The notes beneath the pieces are model-generated. The model was not told the DNA's origin. It saw nothing but the letters and a program-made list of their open reading frames with translations, and searched no databases. The translations under genes and the position numbers were made by a program. Shown in pieces: positions 8,287-17,503 of a DNA stretch of 31,498 bases (its first letter is position 1; each line of letters begins with the position of its first letter). This DNA is from Bacillota bacterium (GTDB lineage Bacteria; Bacillota; Clostridia; Christensenellales; Pumilibacteraceae), in the NCBI GenBank assembly GCA_009783515.1, contig WRDI01000010.1, positions 1 through 31,498 of the forward strand. Direction: 5' to 3'.

Positions 8287-9711
8287 ATGACAAACTTATT
8301 GGCTATGACGCCCGCCGCAACCACCGGATTGGTGCTGGGCATTATCGCAGGCGTAGTGATACTGCTTGTGGTGGTAATCATGTTCGCGACAAGGTACAAA
8401 AAGTGCCCGTCAGACAAAATCATGGTCATTTACGGCAAGTTGGGCACCAAGAGGAGCCCCGACGGTTCGCGTTCCGCGTCCAAGTGTATCCACGGAGGGG
8501 CGCGCATGGTTTGGCCTTTCGTGCAGGCGTACGCATTTTTGGATTTGACGCCAATTTCAATCAACGTGGATTTGCGTAAAACGTTGTCGAAGCAAAACAT
8601 CCGCGTAGATGTACCCTCGATTTTCACGGTGGGAATTTCGACCGAGCAGGGAATCATGCAGAACGCCGCCGAAAGGCTGCTCGGCCTCAAACCCTCGGCG
8701 ATCGAGATTTTGGCAAGGGACATAATTTTGGGACAACTGCGTCTTGTAATCGCGCTGATGGACATCGAGGACATAAACGCTAACCGCGACAGGTTTTTGG
8801 ATGAGGTGCAACGCAATGTCGAAAGCGAGCTGAAAAAGATTGGTCTAAGGCTGATTAACGTCAACGTGACGGACATCAACGACGAGTCCGGCTATATCAT
8901 CGCCTTGGGGCGCGAGGCGGCGGCAAAGGCGATAAACGAGGCCCGCCGCAGTGTTGCGGAAAAGAACCGCGACGGCGCGACAGGCGAGGCAAACGCGCTT
9001 AAAGAGGAGAGAATCAACGTCGCCATGGCGAATTCAATCGCGATAGAGGGTGAAAACGAGAGCAAGGCCAAGATTTCCAAATCCAACGCGACGCTTAAAG
9101 AGGCGGAAGCGGACTCGAAACGCCGTGCGGAAGTAGCCGAGATGGTCGCTGCCGCAAACGCCAAGAAGGAAGCGTATGCCGCCGAACAGCTCGCCGAAGA
9201 GGTGAGGGCGCAAAGAGAAAAGAGCACGCTTGAGGCGGATATTTTGGTCAAGGTTGAGATTGAGAAACGTAAAATCGAGACAGAAGCCGAGGCGGAGGCG
9301 GAAAGGATACGCCGCAACGCGAGAGGTCAGGCGGACGGCATTTTCGCCGTAGAGGAAGCAAAAGCGCGGGGGATGTACGAGATTTTATCCAAGCAGGCCG
9401 AGGGCTTTGCGCGTATGGTTGCCGCCGCGGACGGGTCGGACAACGCAGTCAAGATGCTTATCGCCGACAAAATGGAGGACTTGGTAAAGGTACAGGTCGA
9501 GGCGATCAAGAATATAAAAATTGACAAGGTCACCGTGTGGGATTCCGCCGGTAGCGGCGGCGCGGACGGCAAGGGCGCACATTCCACCGCCAACTTTATT
9601 TCGGGGCTGTATAAGTCCGTACCTCCCCTTGCCGATTTGTTCGGCATGGCAGGAGTAGAGCTTCCCAAGTATTTGGGCAAGGTCAAGGAAGGCGAGGAGA
9701 AGGGAGAGTAG
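8287..9711 (+). CDS. Flotillin-like SPFH/band-7 protein (YqiK/FloT-like).
   Basis: 474 aa. An N-terminal transmembrane segment, an SPFH domain and a long Ala/Glu/Lys-rich coiled coil (…AEAEAEAERIRRNA…). RBS ggaggt at 8274. Confidence 0.9.
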   Translation: MTNLLAMTPAATTGLVLGIIAGVVILLVVVIMFATRYKKCPSDKIMVIYGKLGTKRSPDGSRSASKCIHGGARMVWPFVQAYAFLDLTPISINVDLRKTLSKQNIRVDVPSIFTVGISTEQGIMQNAAERLLGLKPSAIEILARDIILGQLRLVIALMDIEDINANRDRFLDEVQRNVESELKKIGLRLINVNVTDINDESGYIIALGREAAAKAINEARRSVAEKNRDGATGEANALKEERINVAMANSIAIEGENESKAKISKSNATLKEAEADSKRRAEVAEMVAAANAKKEAYAAEQLAEEVRAQREKSTLEADILVKVEIEKRKIETEAEAEAERIRRNARGQADGIFAVEEAKARGMYEILSKQAEGFARMVAAADGSDNAVKMLIADKMEDLVKVQVEAIKNIKIDKVTVWDSAGSGGADGKGAHSTANFISGLYKSVPPLADLFGMAGVELPKYLGKVKEGEEKGE

Positions 9712-9790
9712 GGATCAGGGGCCGGGGATCAGTGATCAGTAGGGGTTAGGGAAGGTCAACTTAAAAATAAAATTTAACATTCCCTGATCC
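9711..9790. repeat. Inverted-repeat element (gggatcagggg … tccctgatcc) with an internal gatcagtgatcagtag heptad tract. A similar copy lies at 17358-17457.
   Basis: Read directly in the sequence. Confidence 0.55.
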
Positions 9791-9801
9791 TTGCTCATTG
9801 A

Positions 9802-9839
9802 AAGCAATCGTCCCGCGCTATGCGGGACGATTGCTTTTT
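9802..9839 (+). terminator. Strong intrinsic terminator after the flotillin gene.
   Basis: A perfect 15-bp stem (aagcaatcgtcccgc / gcgggacgattgctt) with a 5-nt loop, followed by ttttt. Confidence 0.85.
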
Positions 9840-9899
9840 GAGCTAAAGGTGAATTATTCGGGAATTTATGTAAGTGGGTAATTTTTTAGGGTTCAAGGC

Positions 9900-9930
9900 T
9901 TGACAAAGCCTTGGATTGGGGAGTATAATA
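9900..9930 (+). promoter_or_regulatory. Putative sigma-A promoter for the subtilase gene.
   Basis: ttgaca, an 18-19 nt spacer, then tataat. A 75-nt leader follows, with the aaggagat RBS at 9993-10000. Confidence 0.4.
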
Positions 9931-10005
9931 AAGTTGGAGTATTAGACTTACTTTGCAAGCTTCCGCAGCATGTTTACGGAGGCAAGTTAGCTAAAAAAAA
10001 GGAGA

Positions 10006-13000
10006 TTGGTTTCTATGTGCCGCAAAAAAATCATATCGCTTATGCTTGTACTTTTGATGCCGCTAAGTTTTATATGTTCGGGATTTGCTTACGCGCGTCC
10101 GTCTGCGGAAGCGGGGCAACTTTTGATAAAACAGGGAGGCATTACCGCCGATATTGACGCCACACCGGACGGCGGTGGCGGCTATGACGCGCCCTATGCG
10201 GACGACGAGATTTTGGACGTGATAGTGACCATAGACGGGGAAACCCTGCTGGATTCATATATAAGGCACAAAGGGCGTTTTAGGGACTCCTCGCGCTTTC
10301 TTAACAGCAAAGAGGGCGCGGACGCCATAGATACGGTAAATATAAACCTTAACGCCGTCAAAAGGCAAATACAAAAGGTCGCCCCTTCCGTGCAGTTCGG
10401 CTACGAGTACAACGTGGGATTTATGGGTTTTTCATTGAAGGCGACATACTTAGACATAAAAAAAATAGCAACGCTTAAGGCGGTGACAAGCATAGAAATT
10501 AACGCCGCTCACGAGCTGCCCGCGCCCGAAGAAACCGAGGCGCAGTTTGCGGCTTTAGAGGCGCAAATATACGGCGGCGGAGAATATGGGATAAGCGCTT
10601 ATTTGCCTGATTCTACGATAAGCCTTACGACGTACGGAATGTACGATACGGCCGCGCTCGAATATAAAGGCGAAGGAATGCTTATCGCCGTTTTGGACAG
10701 CGGTATAAACTTAAATCACACGGCGTTCAGCGTTATGCCCAAAAACCCCAAATACCCCGACGCGTCGTACCTGACCACGACGATTATGTCCAGCCTTAAG
10801 GCACGCGGCATCTTATCCAGTCTTACCGCCGCCCAATTATTCAAAAGCCAAAAAATTCCGTTTGGGTTTGACTACGCCAATCGCAGGGCTGATCCGACCG
10901 CAGGCACTGTTTCAGGTATCAGCGACCACGGTATACACGTATCCGGAATAGCCTGCGGCAACAACGGCGGCAGCTTTAAGGGTACCGCTCCGGAAGCGCA
11001 GCTTGCCGCGTTTAAAATCATGGCGAGCAACTCGCAATATTTTTATGATTCCGAATCGCTTGCGGCGATAGAGGACGCATGGGTAATCGGGGCGGACTGC
11101 GTCAATATGAGCGTCGGTTCGGTGGCAGGGACTGCCGGCGAGCCCAGATACGAAGCCATGTTTCAAAAATACGTTGAAGCCGGCATAACGGTGGTTATAG
11201 CCGCGGGCAACGATTACAACGCCGGCGCCACCGGGAGCGGCACCACCACAATTTATGCGGATAATCCCGATTTTTCGGTTATTGGTAGCCCCAGCACGTA
11301 CCGCAACGCGCTTAGCGTCGCGAACTTTAATAAGGCCGCCAACGCCTACACGTCGTCGTCGTGGGGGACAAACCCGGATCTAAGGCTTACGCCCGAAATA
11401 TCTTCGGCTGGCGAAAGTATTTACAGCGCCGCCGGTTTACCTTCAGGCAACAATAACAATACATACCAAAACAAATGGGGCACAAGTATGTCCTCTCCGA
11501 ATGTTGCCGGCGCGATAGCCATTGTAAAACAAATGATCAAAGAGGAATACCCGACCCTGAAAGACGACGAGCTGGACGCTTTTGCCAAGCAGCTGGTGAT
11601 GAGTACCGCCTTTCCGATGCGTACAAGCGGCGGGCTTCCTTTTTCGCCGCGCATACAGGGCGCGGGCTTTTTGGATTTAGAAAACGCGCTTAACGCAAAG
11701 ACGTACTTATACGTAAAAGGCACAAACACCGCAAAATACGAGCTTTTCGACGACCCCGATAAAATAGGAGTCTATGACATAGAATTTGTGATTAAGAATC
11801 TGACCGAAAGCGACAGACGGTATTCCTTAAGAACGGAGACGCAGACGCACGCCCTCAGCGCCGACTATCGGCAGCTTTTGCTTAATCCCCACAAGCTTAA
11901 CCCTCTTTTGGAATATTCCGCTCTTGGCGAGCCGATACAGGACGCGTCTGTCACTGTCGCGGGCGGTGCGGAAGTGACCGTCAACGCTAAAATAACCTTG
12001 TTTCCCAGCGACATAGAACACCTAAATCGTTTCCCTAACGGCACGTTTGTAGAGGGTTTTGTATTCCTTACGCCGGACAAAGGGTTTAACGGCGACGCTG
12101 CGGGCTCTAACCTAAAGCTTAATATGCCCTTTATGGGCTTTTACGGCGACTGGACGCAGATTCCTGTTTTTGACGCGACCGTTTATGAAGACCGCCCACA
12201 GCAGTATAGCGTGGTGAGCGGCCAGACCGCCAAAACGCAAGGCCTTTATATGAGGACGGGCACTTCAAGCAGCACGGATACGCTTATGGGCGCGTACGAA
12301 GCCAATGATATCGCGCCGGGATACCTTGATACTTTGCCGATAGAACAGAGGGCTTCGATTAAGCCGAAAGCGGAATATATTGCCATGAATTACAGAAGCT
12401 CCGGAAACTTAAGTATGTCGCTTTATCAATTCCGCATAGCGCAAACGCGAAACACGGTAAACATCCGATGCTCTATTTTGGATCCCGTGACGGAAACCGT
12501 TTTTGTTTCCGGCAGCATCCCGGAAAGCAGAAAGAGCCTTATGTCCGAGTCTGCGGCAAACAGACAAAGATATCTAAACTTAAATTTTACGCCTTTCAGT
12601 ATACTGTCAAACGACGCGAGGCTTAATAACGTCGTTTATGAAGTGAAAATAGAAGCGATGGTAGAGTACAAAATACATGACGGCGAATATCATCAGGCGC
12701 TTATCTTTCCCGTTTTTATGGACGCCGAGAGCCCGATGGTGCTTGACGCCCAAAGGGTGGAAAACGGCGCGTCCACCTTCTTGGACGTAACTACCTTTGA
12801 CAATCACTATGTGCGCGTGATAAAACCTTTTGTCATGACCAAGGGGGCGAGGGTTGGTTTAAACAATGGCTACGGGATACCTGTCGCCGCGGAAAATTAC
12901 GGCGAAACGGCTACGACAAGGATAAATATAACGAATTACCTCGACGCTATAAGCGGCTCGGACGACGGCTTGTTGCACCTTGATGTCGAGGACTTTGCCC

Positions 13001-14355
13001 GCAACCGCAAAAGCGTAACCGTCGGCAACCTTTTGGGCGGAGGTGGGGCCGTGTCCGCGCTTTTATGCGGCGGCGACGGTCAAGCTTTAGCATACGGCGC
13101 AAAGGCAAACGTTGCGGAAAGTTATCAGGCGCGTGGCGGAACGCCTGTTTTAAGCTTAGACGACGACCCCGCGACCTACCGTACCTTGGACTCCGGAAGA
13201 TACGAATTGCTTAACTATACCGATTCACCCGCCCGTACGGTTTATACGGTCAGGGAGGGCACGGTGAGGATAGCCCCGAATGCATTTTTGAATGCCGTTT
13301 CGCTTAAATCCGTGATTTTGCCGAAGGAGCTTTTGCGCATAGGCCACGGCGCGTTTTTCGGTTGCGAGAATCTTACCGATTATGTGTTTCAAAGTCCTGC
13401 CGCCCCGCTTTTAGAGATTCCGTACAGTATAATGTCGGACGACGCGCACCCTTATAACCACTTTGGCGCAGGTATTGCGGACGCGGGCGCGCAGAACCTT
13501 ACGCTTTTTACCACGCATGGCGTAAAAGCTTACGGCGGCTTTGTATACGACACTTATTTTGCAAACAAAGCAGCGGCGTCCGTCATAACGCTTATAGATC
13601 AAAACGGCGAGTTCCAGTTCCCGCCTGTTGTGCAGGAAATCGGCACGCAGCTTATACTTCCAAGGCCTGCGGTTTACGGCTACGAGGTTGAGTATTGGTG
13701 TGAAGACGAGGATTTGACAGTTAAATTCACGTCCGCCGTTATGCCGCAGTACAGCCTTGTCCTTTATGCGAAATGGATGCCGGCAACCTTTACTATTTCG
13801 TTTGACACGGCCGGAGGAGGTGACGTGGACGAAATACGCGCCCGATACGAAACCGTCGTGCAACAGCCCCTTATCCCGGTAAAAACCGGGTATACATTTA
13901 AATATTGGTATCGGAATGACCCCGCCGAGGCGTATGTTTTTAACGATATGCCGGGCGAAAATATTACCTTAACCGCGCTTTGGGAAATTAACCGTTATTC
14001 CCTCACCTTTAATTCTATGGGCGGTAGTGAGATTCCCAAAATTACGTTTGAGTACGGTACGCAGGCCGCGCTTCCCGGCGACCCGGACAGGGAGGGATAC
14101 GTTTTTAAGGGCTGGTACAAAAACGAAGGCTTGACTGAAGCGTTTGACGGGAATACCACCGCGATAGATTTCGAAACAATTTTATACGCCAAGTGGGAAA
14201 ATTTAAATACCGCAAGGGAGGGCTGCGCCTGCGGGAGCGTGGGCGGCGCGGACGCGGGACCCTTGTTTATGCTTATTTTTGCGTTTTTGGCGGCGTCCCT
14301 TGTCGCGATAAGCCCACGGACTTTATTTAGGAAACGGAAAAAGGATACGGTCTGA
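10006..14355 (+). CDS. Secreted or cell-surface subtilisin-like (S8) serine protease. It has a BspA-type leucine-rich repeat, Listeria-Bacteroides repeats and a C-terminal hydrophobic anchor.
   Basis: 1449 aa. There is a signal peptide (MVSMCRKKIISLMLVLLMPLSFICSGFAYA). The S8 catalytic motifs are present: Asp in LIAVLDSGINLNHTAF, His in DHGIHVSGIACG and Ser in GTSMSSPNVAGAIAIV. An LRR_5-like segment is present (RIAPNAFLNAVSLKSVILPKELLRIGHGAFFGCENLTDYVF). Three C-terminal repeats match the Listeria-Bacteroides repeat pattern (…GYTFKYWY…, …GYVFKGWYKNEGL…AKWE). The protein ends in a hydrophobic segment and an RKRKKDTV tail. Confidence 0.9.
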   Translation: MVSMCRKKIISLMLVLLMPLSFICSGFAYARPSAEAGQLLIKQGGITADIDATPDGGGGYDAPYADDEILDVIVTIDGETLLDSYIRHKGRFRDSSRFLNSKEGADAIDTVNINLNAVKRQIQKVAPSVQFGYEYNVGFMGFSLKATYLDIKKIATLKAVTSIEINAAHELPAPEETEAQFAALEAQIYGGGEYGISAYLPDSTISLTTYGMYDTAALEYKGEGMLIAVLDSGINLNHTAFSVMPKNPKYPDASYLTTTIMSSLKARGILSSLTAAQLFKSQKIPFGFDYANRRADPTAGTVSGISDHGIHVSGIACGNNGGSFKGTAPEAQLAAFKIMASNSQYFYDSESLAAIEDAWVIGADCVNMSVGSVAGTAGEPRYEAMFQKYVEAGITVVIAAGNDYNAGATGSGTTTIYADNPDFSVIGSPSTYRNALSVANFNKAANAYTSSSWGTNPDLRLTPEISSAGESIYSAAGLPSGNNNNTYQNKWGTSMSSPNVAGAIAIVKQMIKEEYPTLKDDELDAFAKQLVMSTAFPMRTSGGLPFSPRIQGAGFLDLENALNAKTYLYVKGTNTAKYELFDDPDKIGVYDIEFVIKNLTESDRRYSLRTETQTHALSADYRQLLLNPHKLNPLLEYSALGEPIQDASVTVAGGAEVTVNAKITLFPSDIEHLNRFPNGTFVEGFVFLTPDKGFNGDAAGSNLKLNMPFMGFYGDWTQIPVFDATVYEDRPQQYSVVSGQTAKTQGLYMRTGTSSSTDTLMGAYEANDIAPGYLDTLPIEQRASIKPKAEYIAMNYRSSGNLSMSLYQFRIAQTRNTVNIRCSILDPVTETVFVSGSIPESRKSLMSESAANRQRYLNLNFTPFSILSNDARLNNVVYEVKIEAMVEYKIHDGEYHQALIFPVFMDAESPMVLDAQRVENGASTFLDVTTFDNHYVRVIKPFVMTKGARVGLNNGYGIPVAAENYGETATTRINITNYLDAISGSDDGLLHLDVEDFARNRKSVTVGNLLGGGGAVSALLCGGDGQALAYGAKANVAESYQARGGTPVLSLDDDPATYRTLDSGRYELLNYTDSPARTVYTVREGTVRIAPNAFLNAVSLKSVILPKELLRIGHGAFFGCENLTDYVFQSPAAPLLEIPYSIMSDDAHPYNHFGAGIADAGAQNLTLFTTHGVKAYGGFVYDTYFANKAAASVITLIDQNGEFQFPPVVQEIGTQLILPRPAVYGYEVEYWCEDEDLTVKFTSAVMPQYSLVLYAKWMPATFTISFDTAGGGDVDEIRARYETVVQQPLIPVKTGYTFKYWYRNDPAEAYVFNDMPGENITLTALWEINRYSLTFNSMGGSEIPKITFEYGTQAALPGDPDREGYVFKGWYKNEGLTEAFDGNTTAIDFETILYAKWENLNTAREGCACGSVGGADAGPLFMLIFAFLAASLVAISPRTLFRKRKKDTV

Positions 14356-14407
14356 CGCGCAACAATAAGCTTCGGGCTTGCGATGAGGATTACGTGAAAA
14401 ATCAATA

Positions 14408-14488
14408 TGGCGGTGCTAAATATAGGTTATATCGCAAAACCGTAGGGTCGCCCCTACGATATCGTCACCTATATTTAGCGCAGCCATC
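14408..14488. repeat. Compound palindrome between the convergent subtilase and AKR genes. The outer pair is atggcggtgctaaatataggt / acctatatttagcgcagccat. The inner hairpin is ccgtaggg-tcgc-ccctacg. It may act as a bidirectional terminator or protein-binding site.
   Basis: Read directly in the sequence. It shares gcccctacgatat and aaaaccgtaggg with 23862-23990. Confidence 0.55.
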
Positions 14489-14516
14489 TATATTTCTTTG
14501 GGCCTGTTCGCAGGGA

Positions 14517-15743
14517 TTAGCGGGCAGGTCTTTTTTTTGAACTTTTGCCTCTGTTGAAAAACTTCCGCACCACCCACGCCGCCGTACGGATGCCAATTTT
14601 CTCAAACCGCCGCGTCACCCTTTTTAACTCCCGCCGTATTTCTATCCCCTGCGGGCAGTGCTTTTCACATTTGCCGCAATTTAAGCAGTGGCGCGGGTAT
14701 TTTGGTGTGGAGCTGACCAATCCCGTATTTAAAAAATACTGCTTGACGCCCGTAAACCAGCCCATGACAAAGCTTGTGTTATACGACGCGAAGCACCCCG
14801 GAATATTGATTCCTTTGGGGCAGGGCAGGCAGTAATTGCAGCCTGTGCAGCGCAGGCGGTACGAGCGGTCAAAGGATTTTATTACCTCCACTACCGCCAT
14901 ATGTTGGGCGTCCGTCATCATACCCGCGCGCGATTTATCGGCAAAAGCGGTGTTTTCATTGATTTGGGCGAGTTGATTCATTCCCGACAGCACCACGGTT
15001 ACCTCGGGTTGGTCCCACAACCAGTTCAGCGCCCACTGCACCGGGGAGGTGGCGGGGTCGGCATCCTTGAATAGCTTTTGCGCCGTTTTAGGTAGGCCTG
15101 TCGCCAGCTTCCCGCCCAAAAGCGGTTCCATAATAATGACGGGCAACCCTTTTTTTGCCGCAAGATACAGCCCCGCTTGTCCCGCCTGATAGTTGACGTT
15201 AATGTAATTGTACTGGATTTGCACAAAATCCCAGTCGTAATCGTTAAGAATCGCTTCAAATTCGCCATGCGGTCCGTGGTAACTAAAGCCGACCCGCCGT
15301 ACCTCCCCACTTGCCTTTTTGTTCCTTATCCACTCCTCTATACCCAACCTTTTAAGGTTGTCCCACTGCGCGACGCCAGTGACATTGTGCATAAGGTAGT
15401 AGTCGATATAGTCGGTGCAAAGCCGCCTTTTTTGCTCGTTAAAAAAACGATCAAAATCCGTAGGGGCGTTGCACATAAGCTGCGGCAGCTTTGTGGCGAT
15501 AAAAATCCTGTCTCTAAGGGTATTTCGCTGAATTATTGTTCCCAGCGCGTCCTCACTACCGGGATAAATATAGGCGGTATCGAAATAATTTATCCCTTTT
15601 TCAACGGCCGCTAAGCACAGTTTTTCGGTTTTATTCTTATCCACGACCCCGACGGTGCCGGGAAAGCGCATACAGCCCATACCCAGTACGGACAGACTGC
15701 CGCCTTTTTTCTTGTCCTCGCGATATTGCATCTGTTTCTCCAT
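14517..15743 (-). CDS. Aldo/keto reductase fused to a C-terminal 2x[4Fe-4S] ferredoxin domain.
   Basis: 408 aa. AKR N-terminal motifs are present (LGMGCMRFP…, …INYFDTA…YG). Two CxxCxxCxxxCP motifs follow (CTGCNYCLPCP and CLNCGKCEKHCP). Confidence 0.9.
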   Translation of the reverse strand: MEKQMQYREDKKKGGSLSVLGMGCMRFPGTVGVVDKNKTEKLCLAAVEKGINYFDTAYIYPGSEDALGTIIQRNTLRDRIFIATKLPQLMCNAPTDFDRFFNEQKRRLCTDYIDYYLMHNVTGVAQWDNLKRLGIEEWIRNKKASGEVRRVGFSYHGPHGEFEAILNDYDWDFVQIQYNYINVNYQAGQAGLYLAAKKGLPVIIMEPLLGGKLATGLPKTAQKLFKDADPATSPVQWALNWLWDQPEVTVVLSGMNQLAQINENTAFADKSRAGMMTDAQHMAVVEVIKSFDRSYRLRCTGCNYCLPCPKGINIPGCFASYNTSFVMGWFTGVKQYFLNTGLVSSTPKYPRHCLNCGKCEKHCPQGIEIRRELKRVTRRFEKIGIRTAAWVVRKFFNRGKSSKKRPAR

Positions 15744-15860
15744 TTTGCGGGTGAATGGGGGAGCTTTTTAAAGATAGCATAAAAAAACGCCTCCGAAAAC
15801 CCTCCGGAGACATTTTACCACTTTGTCCGCTTTTAAGCAAATATATTTAGTTATGATTTT

Positions 15861-15900
15861 AGAGAAAAATAAGAACCCGTACTCAATATTTGAATGCGGG
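15861..15900 (-). terminator. Candidate intrinsic terminator downstream of spoIIID (minus strand).
   Basis: cccgta / tgcggg stem (6 bp, one G-U pair) with a 12-nt loop. On the minus strand it is followed by ttcttatttttctct. Confidence 0.4.
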
Positions 15901-15963
15901 CTTTTGGTTTAACGCGTTGATTTTTTTCAGAGTAAAAAGGGGCGGAAAGGCACGTCAAACCCG

Positions 15964-16254
15964 CTACCTTGCGCCCTTGTAGCGTTTTTGGGTGGAGATT
16001 CCTCCCCTGATGTGGCGTTCGCTTAGATTGAAGTCAAGGACTTTTTTAATCTGCTCATATTTGTCATTGTCTATTTGCTTTAGCCTTCCCGCCACGTCCT
16101 TGTGTACGGTGCTTTTACTGACCAAAAAAAGCTTGGCAGCGTCGCGCACGGTCGCGCCCGTGTCCAAAATATAGTCGGCAAGCTCCAGCGTTCGCGCCCT
16201 GATGTAATCCTTCATACCATACCCCGTAGATATTGTCGGGAGCCAATCGGTCAC
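15964..16254 (-). CDS. spoIIID: Stage III sporulation protein D (SpoIIID), a small HTH transcription factor. The likely true start is the internal ATG at 16215 (MKDYIRARTLE…).
   Basis: …MKDYIRARTLELADYILDTGATVRDAAKLFLVSKSTVHKDV…ERHIRGGISTQKRYK is collinear with B. subtilis SpoIIID (MHDYIKERTIKIGKYIVETKKTVR…VSKSTVHKDL…RHLRGGEATKLKYK). Confidence 0.85.
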   Translation of the reverse strand: MTDWLPTISTGYGMKDYIRARTLELADYILDTGATVRDAAKLFLVSKSTVHKDVAGRLKQIDNDKYEQIKKVLDFNLSERHIRGGISTQKRYKGAR

Positions 16255-16485
16255 AAAAATGAAAAAAGGTCACTTTCGAGGCTTTGGCGCGAAAAGACGC
16301 CGCAAGACTTTTCTATTTTAGGACTGGTTGGCTACACTTAAATATATGACGGGATACGACATTTTATGATATTATTCGCAATGAAATAAAGCACGGCAGT
16401 GTACAATGAAACAACACGCACAGTCAACATACAGCTATATTGTCAATTTTTAGATTTATAATTTGTCTTCATTGTGCGTTGTGCA

Positions 16486-17025
16486 TTATTCCAAAAACCA
16501 TACGGGCTTGGGTTTGCGGCGGTCTTTTTTCCGCAGTTCATAGTTTTCCGTGGCATATCCGGCAGCGATGACCAGCTTGATACTGTCCCTGCCCCCCAGC
16601 CCCAGGAGTATACTAAGCCCTTCCTCTCTAAAACCGCCCAAAATGCAGGTGTCTACCCCCGCCGCCGTCGCCGCAAGCACCAGATGCGCGGTGACTAAAC
16701 CGATATCAATAGGGACGAACTGCATTTTTAAAAAGCGTTTGAGCATGGCTTTTTCTATGCCGCTTGTGTCCTCGACGACAACAATAAAGGCGGGGCAGTC
16801 GGCGGTGAATTGGTTCATGCCCGGCAGGCGGGTAAACTCCGATGCCTGTTTTGCCGTTTTGCCTGTAAGCGCGTAAAGCTTGTACGGCTGGCAGTTGCGC
16901 GCCGACGGGGCGCACAGGGCGGCGTTTATGATTTGTTCCAAAACGTCGCGCGAAACCGGTTGCCCGCTGTAGCTACGGCAACTTTGACGGCGCCGGCTGA
17001 GAGCGGAAAACTCTACTAAATCCAC
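16486..17025 (-). CDS. Nitroreductase-family protein.
   Basis: 179 aa. RRRQSCRSYSGQPVSRDVLEQIINAALCAPSARNCQPYK is a nitroreductase N-terminal signature. RBS ggaggt (rc) at 17032-17037. Confidence 0.85.
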   Translation of the reverse strand: MDLVEFSALSRRRQSCRSYSGQPVSRDVLEQIINAALCAPSARNCQPYKLYALTGKTAKQASEFTRLPGMNQFTADCPAFIVVVEDTSGIEKAMLKRFLKMQFVPIDIGLVTAHLVLAATAAGVDTCILGGFREEGLSILLGLGGRDSIKLVIAAGYATENYELRKKDRRKPKPVWFLE

Positions 17026-17503
17026 GATTTTACCTCCAAAAATTTATTTTAAGACGATACATATTCGCCAGGATATTCATTATCACTATTTTGACACATT
17101 TTATAGAAAAAGTCAACCATATATATCGTCTTTCTTTCAATATTATATGTTTTTCGAAGTTATTTGACCGCAAGCCGCCCCGTTTTCGGCATTTTATACA
17201 GTTTTATGGGGTTTATCATTGATAAAGTGAAAAATTTAACCCAAAACCGCCATAAAATTCGTTTGACTTTTAAAGTGAATTAGCATCAAAAAATGATTTT
17301 TCGTCAATTATTGCTAAAAAAGTTAATATATATATGTGTGAGCGCGATATAGAATATCAGGGATCAGGGGCCGGATTAGGACAGAGGATAGAGGAACGGC
17401 GAGTTTTAATTAAAAATTGGCCGTCATTGAGCATTAAAAATTAACCTTTCCTGATCCATGACCCTTAACGCCTAAACACTAAACTACTGTCTAAGCGGAG
17501 AAT

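Noticed and set aside
8223-8579. 118-aa ORF overlapping the flotillin start region
   Set aside because: It begins inside the repeat element and runs out of frame through the flotillin N-terminus. The flotillin frame carries the conserved SPFH sequence and the RBS.
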